64,000 nt of DNA. Origin: Auanema rhodensis (Eukaryota; Animalia; Nematoda). Position 1 is the stretch's first letter, and every line of letters begins with the position of its first letter. Made by a program: the position numbers and the translations under genes. Location of the stretch: the NCBI GenBank assembly GCA_964057225.1, contig OZ059897.1:5952001-6016000 (forward strand). The letters run 5' to 3'. Of the stretch, positions 51,145 through 64,000 are shown piece by piece. The notes beneath the pieces are model-generated. The model had not been told where the DNA came from. It ran no database searches and saw only the letters and a program-made list of their open reading frames with translations.

Positions 51145-53534
51145 AGCCACTGGAAAAAATTAAATTAGATTATTGGCGTTTATCATTGAGAAAAAAAACG
51201 ATCAAAGGAAAACATCTCAAGTTTTTACAGAGCAAGGGCCACGAACTAGTGAACGGTCTTTGGACACTCCAAGGGAATGAGTGGTTCATTTTTTAGGAAG
51301 AGAATTGGATTTAAAAAATGTGGAAACGTACAATACAGTCTACCGCGTTGTCTAACCCTCCACGTTGGCATTTGTTCTAAGGAAAATGGAGGCGCGGGCG
51401 TATGCGACGCGTCAGCGACTGAACTGTGAAACTTGTCAGATAGTGATAGAAACCACGAAATAAAAAATCGAAAATATCAAATTTTAATCGCCGAACTACT
51501 GTTCAAAGCGAAGGTGATACTTATATCATCTAAGAGTTTGATTCTGATCTGCTATTTTCTACTTTATTATCTCACCCGCCCATTTATACGTAGGCTAACT
51601 ACGTACTCTGCTTGAACTAGAAAAGACTCAAATTTTTAAAAGAATTAGCGATCTAATTGGAGTAAAGTGTAACTGTAAAACGTATTTGTTCGTTACGGTA
51701 GTCACTGTTTTTAGAAATGGAGGAATAACGAAATAAAAATAGAAAAAACGAAAAAAATGATGAGCGGTATTTGGTGCACTACTTGATGAATGTAGCAATT
51801 TGCTGATAACGATGAAATAGTAGGCGAGCTCTTGGGCAATACGAAACGGGAAAAGAGCCTTATATACAAGCCAACAACTGAAAAGGCAATTGAGAAGCTC
51901 AGTGGGGAGCGACAGTACTCTGTTGTGATACAGGAACGACAATGTGAAAATTCTGGCCACAGGTTGGATATTTAGAGTCTTGCTTGGGGGTCAAATAGAT
52001 AAAACGACTGATTTTTCGTGAAATAGTGGTACTGAATGGCACAATGAATTGAATGGGAAATGGACAAACAAATCGGAAAAGAAAGTGTAACAATGTGCTG
52101 TCTCACGAGTTGAGCTGATCACGAAGACAGGAAATCTCAGAAATCTACCAAATGACCTTTATTTTGAGAAATTTACAATAGGAAGAACATGCTGGAACGA
52201 AAAAATAATATTGTATAATAGTATATGGTATTTGAGATGAGATGATGCGATGGTATAATGGGAGGGGGGGGGTTGAATTTGCTCAAAATTGTGTTGTAGT
52301 TATACAACTTTTCCATATAATACACAATTGTTGAGATCATCCTTATATAGAAGAAGAGTTTACTGACCTACAAAGTAAGGTCGATGTGAATGAGAAAGAA
52401 AAAGAACAGACTAAATTGAAGGTCTTCTGACTAAAACTTGAAAAGCAAAATTGGTAGATGGATGAGATTGTGAACAGAGAGAAAGTCTGAGTCTGCTGTC
52501 GAAGTCAGCATTCAGCTATATATACTCAGGGCTGAACACTCAAATCTAAGTTGATAGCCATTGGCTTATCTTACGGATCGGTAGTTCTTTGATCGAGCTC
52601 GCAAGGTCACTTGCTTGCTGAAGAAGGAGCTGTGGTGATTGGCATATCCCGTAATTACCTGTTTATAGGTCAGATTTGTGTTTCCCGGGATTAATGTTCA
52701 TAAATGGTTGATAATGCTATCAGCATTGATTACTCTTAACCTTCACGAGTCTATTGAATAAAACAAAATATTTTTTTATTATGAGTTAGTTATATGTATA
52801 AATAGAATATTTTGCACGTATTCAATACATTTTTAAGTTTTTAACCAGTTTCTTTGACAGATTGGGAAAGATCATATTTCTTTCCAAAATTTGTATCAAA
52901 TAGTATGCTGCTAACTAAGAAATATATTATAATTGAATTAAGCATAAATATATTATAAAATTTAAAAAGTTATAAAATTTGAAAATGAGGGGGTATTGAT
53001 TCTATAAAATTATGCTCTTTATAACTAATTTTCTAAAAAAATATTGTTTATTATTAAAAGTACAACAAAAAAGATAAAAATCTGGCCCAGTGAAGAAGAT
53101 AAAATCTGATATTAATTTTTTCATTTTTGACGCTATGACTCGGTTGTTCTTGACAAAACAAGTTTGCTAATTTGTGCTCTGATGAGTGTTCTTTAGGGAA
53201 TTGTTGGAAAGTCTCTTTCTGAAATAGTTTTCCCTCTAAATCATTTCTATATTTGAATATTACTAGGGGCTTTACTATTTTCAATATCAAAATAATTCAA
53301 TAATATGATATATCTTTATCTACATATAAATCTCTTTATGTTTAAAAATATACATTTCTGATAGTGTGAAAGAATATCTTTCGAAAGATATTAAAAAAAA
53401 AACAATAAAAACACAATGACAATGATGATTTTTACAAAATAAAGTAGAAGAAATATTGACAAACGCATGGCACTGTGTATGTTGATGTGCGATATATTTG
53501 TAAGGCTATATCAAAAAATTCCCTTGAAAAGTTT

Positions 53535-56500
53535 TTATGTTTTATCCCTGAATCGTAGATGAATTAATTGCTCATCATTTGCTGGAAGCATTCTGGATAA
53601 TCTTCGAAGTCCTTCTCGAGAAATTGTTGCTTGTGTTAACTCACGACTACCACGACCCCGGACTACACAGATACGCTCAGAAGGTGGAGACGGTGGAGTA
53701 ACAGCTACCTCTTTTCTAAATGAATCAACTATTTTAATAAAATATCTATATATATGTATATAATATATAAATGAATGTACAACATTAATATTAACAATAC
53801 ATCCAATGAACGGCTTAAAAGTTAACAAAACCACGTTTTCGTTTACTCTATGCGCCTAAGCGAGGTGCATTAAATTTTTGTGAATTCACAAACAATATCG
53901 CAAAATTTCATTTCGGAAGTAATTTTCAAATGATTGAACTTTTTCTTTTCTTAACCAGAAACGAATCTTATTTACTTTTTTATTTTATTCGGTTTGATTT
54001 AACCTTAATTCGATTTTAAATTGAAACGTCCGTTCAATAATTCATGTCTGAAATATTAAACGTCAAAACTATATTATTTCAAACTAGAGATAATACTGTA
54101 TGTTTCATACAAATATTAAAAAAAAATTGAAATATTTGTATGTTTCATCTATGATCCATAATCAGGTCATTCTATAGATCTTGGATGCCAGTTGGGAATT
54201 ATATAGGGAATATAGTAGTTGAATAATGAATAAACATGCCTTCATACTTCTGTTTTTCTAATACTACAGCATTACATTGTCCTTTCCATGCTTGAACATC
54301 TTCGAATCATATCACGATTTTTTGGAATTTCTGTGATGAAAATAAACATTCAATAGAGTTACAATCTATAATGGCTCGGTGCCAAGACAACAATAACAGA
54401 ACAAGAATATGACACGGTTCAATGCTAACCTGTTGCTTTCAAGTTTGCAGTAATCTTCACCTGCCGTGTCTAGCTGCATGTTACGCAACTTGCTTCGGCT
54501 TTTTTCAATTTTTTGATCAGAGTCCGAAACCCCGTTCCACCAATCAACAAACTGAAATTCATAATATACATACACTGAAATAGCTCAAATCTGCTACTTT
54601 TCCCAAGACAGTAAGTTTTAAGCGGAAAGAGTCATGACGAGATTCAATACAATATTCTCCTATAGCCATCAGACAAGCTACAACAACACCCGTAGCTAAT
54701 ACGTAGAAGATACCTTAAGAGATTCAATTTAACAATCACCCAGTGGTTGCAATAAATGATGAGGGCATTCTTACCGAAAACATTAGTCATAGGAGAAGCT
54801 TTTTGAGTGTCTTGAGGAATTGCACAACTTGGACCTTCTGTAAAGCATTAAGATTCAAGTATATTAATTTCTTTAGTAAGTACCTCGCCTATCTCGCCAC
54901 CATTTATTCTTCAATGCTTCTAGAATTGTACGTTCTTGTAACTGCAGTACTGTTCTCGATAACAAATCCCTAAGAGGTGAACCTTTTGGCAAAGCAATAC
55001 CATAACCCTGAATAGAAAAGAATATTGAAGAAACTTGTATGATGATAAGAAATAAAAATAAAAGAAGATGTTCCATTCTTTGATCAAAACATTTTTTGCT
55101 ATTTCAAAGTAAAACCTAATAAGCTGTGAATGTTAATTGAAGGAGAGGTGGAAATATGTTCATAGACCAAAAATTCATTTCATTTTGACTTTATACAAAG
55201 ACCGGTTGTGTTTTAAATTGTCTTGATAACTTATTTTTAGATACTTGACTAAATAGGTTCCAGTTAATAAATAAGAATTGATTACAATTCTTTTCTCTTT
55301 TTTTAATTTTAGAAAAAAATTATAATACTATTACTTTTGAATCAAGCAGTCCTCCAATACTTTGTAATTCACAATCTCTTTCCATATAGTATTCTAACAT
55401 AGATGATTCCATCATATAAGCATAGTTTCCTATAATATTAATTATTATTATAATAACTATTCCTAAAGTTTAGATGAAGATTTAAAAACAAACCAGCTTT
55501 AACTCGAGCAATTCCTTCTTTTGATGAATTAACAAATACTGGTGGAGATGATGATTCCATAACTGACCACCTAAATCAAAAGAAAATGTTTCCTTTTCTC
55601 CAGAAGTTCAATCATTTCTCACATTCGTTCATATATTGGAATTTTACTTTCACGGAAGAAATCCATTGTACTTCCACTTTTCAAAGTTCCATAACGAATT
55701 TTCTGCTGGCTAGCCAAATCCGCCGTACTTTCAATTGGTGTTGTCATCCGTTCAACTGAAACAATGCCAAATACTTTTGCAGATCATAAACTTATTCTCT
55801 AACCCGTTAGAAAAGCTGCTAACTGTGCTGTGTAGGAAGAAATAAGAATTTGAGTAAACATCCACCTGAAAAGCGTTTTGTTAAACTTCTGAATCCTATC
55901 GTATATTGCTTATGAGCTTACCATATAACTGCTATAACTCGTGTAGCAGCAGCTCTCGGTATCACATCACTTCCTTGTTGCATTAAAGATCCAACAGCAA
56001 ACCATAATGAATTCAGGACCGTAAACTGATTTTTTTGATTTTCAATCGACCTATCACGCTCATCAATTTTCTCTATGTCATACCTAAATTAAAAAATTAT
56101 TTTATTTTATAATAATTTTACTAATACCATTCATAAGGACTGAATTTAGCTAATAGATACATGGAAAATGATACGGATAAATAAGCAACAATGAGTGATA
56201 GCCATACAGATAATGACAAAGGTTCCAAGAATGTAAATAGAGATCCCTAAAAATTAAAAAAATAATTAAAATTTCTGTGACTTTCAGCTATATACATACA
56301 TGTATCTGTATATATGCTACTCACCTTATCAGATTCTTCCTTTGATTTTCCTAACAATATCGAAATTCCCAAATGCATAAAAGGTAAAGTGAAATCTATA
56401 ATATTCTCTTTGAATATATATGAAATTCTGTTTTTTAACTCATACCTACTACTTCAACACGACTATAAGTTATAGTTACAGCTGAAACTGATAAATCAGC

Positions 56501-57023
56501 TTCATGTCGCTGTAGGACACCGATGATTCCGTTCCATCTACCGGTTTCATCCTAAAACACAAAAATCTTTTCAGTTATAATCTTTAAAAGATAAAAATAG
56601 TAAATCATTGTTATAATAGAAAGCAGAAAAACAGACCTCAATACCGTAACTGCCATCTTGTACTTCAATGATTGTATAATTGAATTTAAGAACTGAAGCC
56701 ATCTCATTCAGCAAATCAATACAGAATCCTTCATATCCATTATCAGCTGTTTTCATAACAAATGGTTGTTCCTTAATTAATTATAAATATATAATTAATA
56801 TAATTAAAGAAAATTACTAAATAAACAACAATACGTAGATGCAATCCTTCTAAATCTTCTGAATCAGGATCAATATCAAATTCCCATTTATTCGCATATT
56901 TGCTATCAAATTGCCACCCAACAGTCTCGGACCAGTTACCAAGCTATAAAGAATTTTCTTTAAAATATTTTCTATTTGACAAATTTAGGTTTATTTTTCT
57001 ATTAAAAGAAACAACACACATGC

Positions 57024-57079
<56 letters not shown>

Positions 57080-60000
57080 TTTTCTCTAAATATATAATTA
57101 TGTATGTTTCTTTGATTTGCTTGATAATGATTGATCAGTTTCGTTGAAATTATGTCTTCAAATTGATTTTTTAAATCCTTTTTCACCCAAAATCAATAGT
57201 AGAATATCACAAATAGTATATATCAATAAGTAATATTTGTATAAATATTGAATTTTTTTAGATTTTTTTGAATTCAAAAAAGAATTTCTAAAAAATTTGA
57301 TTGAGAAACAGATAATTACCGTCGAATTTACACGAAAAAAAAAAGTTTTTTTCTTCGATAATTCAGTAAAAAACCCAATTTTGTTTGAAAAAAAGTTTGT
57401 TTTCAATCTTTTTTTTTCTTAAAAACTACAGATGATTTAATGTTTCAATCTATCAACTTTTCCTTTTCTGTGTCATTCAGAGACATCAGACTTCTCTTTG
57501 GCAAACCGGTATCGGTGTGAACCTACTATGTGTTTTGTTTTCGTTATTGTTCTGTTTTGGCTTATCGTCTTTTTGTTAAAAAAATTTTACGTGTAAGTTT
57601 TATATATTAACCGGAAATTTTTGAAGGCTATCTTAGTATTTTTCATATTTTCATGTTATGTACTTTAAGATCAAAACGATATTATTCTAAAAGAATAATA
57701 GAAAGTAAGTAAAAGATTGAGACAACAAAGATTTTGAATTAAAACTGAAAGAGAGAAGGGACATATAAGGAAGAATAAAGAGAAAATGAGAGAAAGACCA
57801 TCTGATATTCAACTCCATTGAAATAAACTTTTTTTTGTTCGTTGTTTAAAACGATTAAAAAGTGAGCTTTTACAATGAAATTGGAAAGAAAACTGGATTT
57901 CTTTTCGGAATCTGCAGAAATGTGAGCACACAGTAACTTTACCCGACACATACTCTGACACTTGGCGACGTATAATCAGACAGATAGTCGTATAAGTTCC
58001 AAAATGTGAAGAATATGATCGAAAGAGACTGTCAAACAGCTATGAGAACTGTTTCATAGGATATGAAAAACAGATCAGATATGAGCTACAACATCTCTGA
58101 ATGAGACTATATCCATTAAGTATAAAAACAGTTCTGGGTCGAACGGAGATAAAAGAACCGACCAAAACTTGGTCTTATTTGCTAAAAAAACCCGATAGAG
58201 CCTTATTCCGAAATATAGAACCAAGAAAGTGGACTGTTATTTCAAGAATATTATTTGTAACAATATCTAAAGTTCAACAAAAGTATTTATTTTACTTTTA
58301 CTAAGAATTTGAACAATATTTAGTTTGTAAAAATCAGTAAAGATACAGCTTTGTAGAAAAAACTGAGAAATACGTATGTAGCCTTTGGATGAATCATAAG
58401 TTATCTTAGTTTGAACAGTCTTTCAGCGACTTCTTTCTGATGATATCACCTTGTATATAAAACCAGGAAACGAACGATGACCTTGCTGCTGATACTCCTT
58501 AACTAATGTTTCTTTTGTCCCGATAGATTAGAGCATAAGGGTTCCAGAAACGTCTTCCTTGATTGGAATTAATTGACATTGTTTACGGACTGTTGTTCTA
58601 TGTACAGATGTTCTATGTATGAACTATAAAGATGGTTTTCTGGAACAGGAGAGAAGCTTCGAATGATCCAATCTATGGTGTACTTCCTATTCGCCAAACG
58701 TTTTGTTTGACCAGGCATCTTTCACGTCATTCATGTTTCTGTTGATGATTGTTCTTCTGACCCTCGGGCCAAACAGCGAACAGAATGATATAGTAAAAAC
58801 AAGAAGTTCCTTCACTGCTTCCTTAAACGCATACACGAAAAAGTAGAAAAAACGGACAGAGGCAAGATCTTGAAATGACGTGTTAGTTGTTCTTCATCTT
58901 GTCATTTCGTCCTTGTTGTAAACTATTGGGTAAAGGGAAACGATAAAAGATGAAGACAGACATTGAAGTTGAATTTTCGTGTTCTTCATTTCGTTGTGAG
59001 AGACGAAGAGAAGAATTCATATGTGATAGTTGAGAAAATCAAGAGAACAGCAGGTGAAGAGACGATTGCATGAAACTTCTGTTTTACCGTGCTGCTACTG
59101 GGCGATGTTGGTAGTGGGGAGAACCACCAGATGTGGGCGGAGCTATATAGATGGTCGTTAAGGTTGAAAGAGTTGTCGGAAGGCGGCTTCATTGCTATAT
59201 ATAAAGACTTCCAGCCACTGAATCGTCACATCTCGAGTCTACTCGTGGTCCAATCTCAGCCAATATGCTTAAGATCGCTGTTCTTGCCTGCTTCGTCGTC
59301 TTTGCTTTCTGCCAAGATGGCCCACCACCATTCCTCCAAGGAGCTCCACCAGCTAAGGTTCAAGAGTTCGGAGCCCTCATTAACTCCCTTGGAAACAGCA
59401 ACGATCAGCAAATTGACGAGGCCGTTAAGCAATGGATCGGAAAGCAAAGCGCTGCTATTCAAGTGAGTAGAGCTATATCTTTGAGCTACAGCTTGTCTTC
59501 CCTTTTAATTTTTTAATAATCGTTTTTTCTAGGGAGCTTTCGCCAAATTCCAAGCTGAAATCTTGAAGGAACAAGCTGCCGGAGAAGCCGCTCACCAAGC
59601 TGCCCTCAATAGCTTCTCCCCAGCCGCTAAGGCTGCTGATGCCAAGCTCTCCGCCATCGCCAACAACCCAAAGATCCCACCACAACAGAAGCAAGCCCAA
59701 ATCGAGGGAATCCTCAACTCTCTCCCAGCTGCCGTTAAGGCCGAGATCGAGAAAGCCATGCAAGGTTAAATGACTTTTTCTTATAAATACGTGTATTATA
59801 CTGTCAACGTTTCTATATATAAATATTTTACGTAACCTCTATATGTATTTGATCTTTTACTTCAAGTTACTTATTTTAAACACAAAAAAACACATATTGA
59901 CGCAATACTATGTGTAGGTATACGAATTAGCAAACATCAACATGCTCCCCCATGCTCTCCATGCTTCTCTATCTACATAGCAAGGGAGTAAATTCCAACG

Positions 60001-63000
60001 ATCAACTTCAAGAAACAACTATACAGCTCAACATTGCTTCTATGAAATACTAGAGAAAGAAGAGTTTCAGCTGAAACTATGTTGATTTTCAATGAATTCC
60101 CGAGACAATGAGCGAACTATCGGTGAACTTATCACTTCTAAACAAATAGGTCGATCTTTTTTTCAAATTGTTTCAAGTATTCAACGTGTTCTCAGTCAGT
60201 CACAATGATTGTTCTGAGACTAAAAGAGAGAAAAGTAATAAAGAGAAAGAGACAGAGAGAGAGAGCAATTTCTCACTCGTTTTTCTATAACCAGTCAGTC
60301 TTTTGTCAATTTTGAAACAACAACAGGTGAGCTGTACTGATTTCATCCAAATTTAGATATTTATTTCTTTGAAATAATATTTTATTTGTCATTAGTATTG
60401 TACTAAACATGTATTTTCATCATGTTTTCTCTCATATCTCTAATTCCAGGTGACCACAGATGGCTAAGAAGCGACAAGACTATTAAATCCATTGAGATTA
60501 TAGCAAAAAAAAAAGTGAAATATAGAAAGTTATACTGAAAAATCTGAAATAAACGGTCTACCAACCAGTTAACGGATTAAAATACTTTTTTTTCTAGCTG
60601 GATTTGTTAAACCACCTTTTTAAAGGATCTTATCTACTATAAACAGCTTAAGAACTAGATAATACTGACGTTTTAGAATTGCTGTGAAACATTTTCAAAC
60701 GTTAGAGAACAGGCTCCGACTTTTATGTTACGATGATTTTATTATTTTTGTTCGACAATGTTAGAAAAAAATTTAAAAATGAGACAAACCTGAACAAATT
60801 GCGAATTTATTCTCCCGATTCCATAAAACATGATATCTTCTCGTTCACCATTACTATCAAACCGAACATCTCCCGTAAGCTGATGCTTCAACGACAGCTT
60901 AATTTGTATAATTAATAATCAATTTTCAGTATTTTATTTCATTTTTAGATTAAAAAATAAATAATTAAAGTCTTCTTTTGGAAAATAATTAGGTTTCACG
61001 GTTGGGTAAGTTGACCAACTAAAAGAAAGATACACATCCTTATCATTTTCGACCATGTTGTCCCGAAACTCAGTTATCTTATAGAATATAAACAATATTT
61101 TTCTTTTCTTTTTTTGAACAAAAAACATCATTTTCCTTGTTTCTCTTGGCATTTTTTTGCTTTTTGTTTTGAAACTTTATGTATCATTACTCACTTTTCG
61201 AATTGCTCTGTTCATCTTATCACCATCTCTCCACTCATCTCGAGTATCGCATAGCATGGACATTGGACGAGCTGGACTTCCAATCTGAAGGTAACATTAA
61301 GAAAGGGAATTATCTTGTTTTTCGTCATGTCTTCCAATATTTTCTCCAATTCTCTTAGTATTCGCTTTTGCATCATTCAACAAACTTCAAAATTGATTTT
61401 TTGTATTGAAAATTGAAAATAAAAATAGTGAAAAGAGAGTCTAGACTTCAATTTTCATGGAATTGAAGATCGACGACGACAACGTTGGAGATGAAGGCGT
61501 CGATGATGATCAAGACCGAGGTAAGGTTCCGCAATAAAGAAGGGCAAGGACAGAAAACAGCGTTGAATCAAGAAACCAGTTTGTAACAATTCTTTTCAAA
61601 AATATAGATGCGAACTGGATGAATGAGATTGAACAAAGAGTCAAATTGAAAAGTTTGATGGTCTAACCTCTTGAAGACGATGTAATGCGCTGCCAATAAC
61701 TCCAACAGCTTCGGATGTCAATGCCAATTCCGTCTGAAATCATTTTCAATAAGTTTAGAAAGTAAGTATGATGAGTTTCCTTATTGAAACTAAGGGATTA
61801 GAACTAACCTTCATCATTGGATCATTCTTAACTAATTGAAGACCAGTAATATTACAATGAAAATGGCCATAAATGTTGTTAAGGAAATCTTCTAATAACG
61901 ATAAATCCTGAAAAAAATGAATGAAAAATACAATTGTTTCAGTATCTCTTAAGCTATGTTTCCTTGTTTTCGATTATAAATCTAAATTTTACTCACTGTG
62001 TTTGTAAAAACATAGGAAAATGGTGTATCAGTCATGTTGAGCCCTCTCGCTTGTTGAAGTAAATTATATAAAGTTGTTATATTGTATGAATGAATTATCT
62101 AAAAAAACATGAAATTTCAAGTATTATTTGAAAATAAAATCTTTTCAAACATCATCTTCAAACTTACAATATTTGTTTGCTTCAATTTATTTTTTATATA
62201 TTTCAAAAATGGCTCGTAATCGTGAGTGTTGTTGGGAAGTTTACGAACTCGAATAGTTGGTCGACGTATTTCACCTTCTGATCTTGTATATATAAGGGGA
62301 GCTAACTCTTCCAAATCTTAGATATATCATATTCAATTAAATTTATTTAAATTTTCATATTTTTAAACCTGAATCTTGTTGATAAGCTAATAAAAATGAT
62401 GTCCATCTAAGATCTTCTAAAAACTGGCTAGTTGCTTGAGCGGCTAAACCTCTGGCTGGTCCCAAAGAGGTCACAAAATCGGTGACTGAAAGATTTTCTC
62501 TTTTTTTACAACAGATTCAATAAAAATCAGAATCTTCTCTACCTGCATGTTCGTTATTTTTAGAGAATACGGATAAACAAGGGATTTTAAAATGATAGCA
62601 CATTGATTTAGCTAATGTGTCATCGAGTTTTGATATGTGGGGTGGTAGAACGATAGCAACCACACCATGTTGTAGAAGTTCACAAACTTAAAATAATTAA
62701 TATTACATATAGTTAGTTAGATTATATATATATATACATATAGTTAATCTTACATTTATCTTCAAAAAATTGAGAATGAGCCGGGGATACTATACGAAGT
62801 TCAATATCAGTATGAGCAGAATTTTCACTGTTCCACCTATCAATAGCATATCGTAAATTTTCATATGGTAGAGATCCCTGTAGCACTGTTGTTCCTAAAA
62901 TAAAAAATGAAAAAAACTTTATTAATATTTATTATAATCATAGAAGATTATTATTATTTTAAATTCATATTTCTAAGTATTTTCTCATACGAGCTTAATA

Positions 63001-63223
63001 TTTGATTGCCCATTCATGATGAATGACAAAAAAAAAGTGGCTTTTTTCGATTAAATCTTAACGACTTTTTGAACGAAAAACATTATTTTCAAAAAATTTT
63101 CTTTTAAAAAGAAATTATGGTGAAAAATAAAAATTTTAAATTCTTCTTACCAATATTGTACGTGATTAGAGCCAAGAGAGGCTGAATAAAAAATAAAAAA
63201 AATGATACACATCTCCAAATCAT
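53535..63223 (-). CDS. glr-4: Ionotropic glutamate receptor subunit, GLR-4 type
   Basis: Signal peptide MIWRCVSFFLFFIQPLLA. NTD: LRYAIDRWN...LGPARGLAAQATSQFL...KLPNNTHDYEPFLKY. S1: EGFCIDLL. Pore: GSLMQQGSDVIPRAAATR. M3: SSYTAQLAAFLTVER. S2: YGTLKSGSTMDFFRES...KGYGIALPKGSPLRD. M4: IFYVLATGVVVACLMAIGEY. Terminal exon ...RRLSRMLPANDEQL...DKT* is less certain. Confidence 0.9.
57027..57071. repeat. (TC)~22 microsatellite in a glr-4 intron
   Basis: Visible TC run. Confidence 0.92.
59196..59206 (+). promoter_or_regulatory. TATA box of the nested SXP/RAL-2 gene
   Basis: TATATATAAAG ~60 nt upstream of the ATG, with no splice acceptor in between. Confidence 0.6.
59265..59769 (+). CDS. SXP/RAL-2 family (DUF148, Ani s 5-like) secreted protein, nested in a glr-4 intron
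   Basis: Exons 59265-59462 and 59533-59769 (144 aa): MLKIAVLACFVVFAFCQDGPPPFLQGAPPAKVQEF...QIDEAVKQWIGKQ...AHQAALNSFSPAAKAADAKLSAIANNPKI...AEIEKAMQG*. PPFL and SPAAKAADAKL are family hallmarks. Confidence 0.93.
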
Positions 63224-64000
63224 ATCAATATCTCCAATTTAACATCTAAAATTATATAAAAATTTAAAATAATTGTAATATTATAAAGATAATAATGAGG
63301 AAAAATTAACAAATAGTATTAAAATAATCATAATAATCAACAATTTATATGAATTTAACAAAAATAAAAATAAATAGAACGAGTGGTCATGGAATTAGGT
63401 TTGGAGTAGATCAAACAGAAATTTTGATCATATATCATAATATTATATGTAATATAGATAATTTTATAAATAATTTTAATAGAAATGATGTTACATCTAC
63501 TTTTTCCTTTTTTTTTCATTTTGAATGACTAAGCTCAAGTGAAAGAGTATTACTGAGAATGTGAAAGATAGATGAGAAAGACAAAGAAGAGAGGTGGAAG
63601 AAAAAAAAAGTTTTAGCAGAGTTCTGACTGGAAAAAGTTATAACGGTACGACGTAAACACAAAAAAATTAAGGATGCAATTAGGAAAAAAAGAACGAAAT
63701 AGCAGGAAAAGCTAATAGGAACGAAGTGAGCCAAACGCACTGAAAAATAATGAAACTAGTGGTGAAAGGCTATTCCACGAGTTTGCTGGTAATGTGTGCT
63801 GCTGGCAACTAAACTAGGAACCTGTAAAGCTGTAGTTTAGTCTTGAGCTATATGAATACATAAGTACTTTTTCGTTTTTTTTTGTGAAAAAGTTGTGAGT
63901 GAAGCTGTTTTTAAAGTTTTATTTCTTTCTGGAAACTTATGAAAACAAAATTAAAAGGAAAAACACTTTTGAATGCTTAACAGGTGGCATGGGCTAGATG

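Overview
AT-rich, intron-dense eukaryotic DNA from a rhabditid (clade V-like) nematode, with mostly 40-60 nt introns and trans-splice-like acceptors just before start codons. The six-frame ORF track is mostly uninformative, so genes were reconstructed by splicing exons by hand. In order: the 3' part of a low-complexity gene; a secreted Cys-rich protein; troponin C (tnc-2); a calmodulin-like gene; an internally deleted mariner; a minus-strand cluster of three transcription-factor genes (LIR-type C2H2, divergent homeobox, lin-26), with a 712-bp exact direct repeat in one gap and a coiled-coil gene nested in a lin-26 intron; a ~13-kb mostly non-coding lin-26 upstream region; Dishevelled (mig-5); a candidate unknown gene; cyclophilin B; and glr-4 with a nested SXP/RAL-2 gene. 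The main finding is that the three clustered transcription factors have two unrelated types of DNA-binding domain but all start with the same ~45-aa module (predicted beta-alpha-beta, usually followed by CxxC). The module occurs four times and is always split by a phase-0 intron after the same Leu, suggesting a shared interaction domain that I do not recognise as named. A second finding is unusually frequent use of TAAG 3' splice acceptors. Gene names come from my recall of C. elegans proteins, not from a database search.
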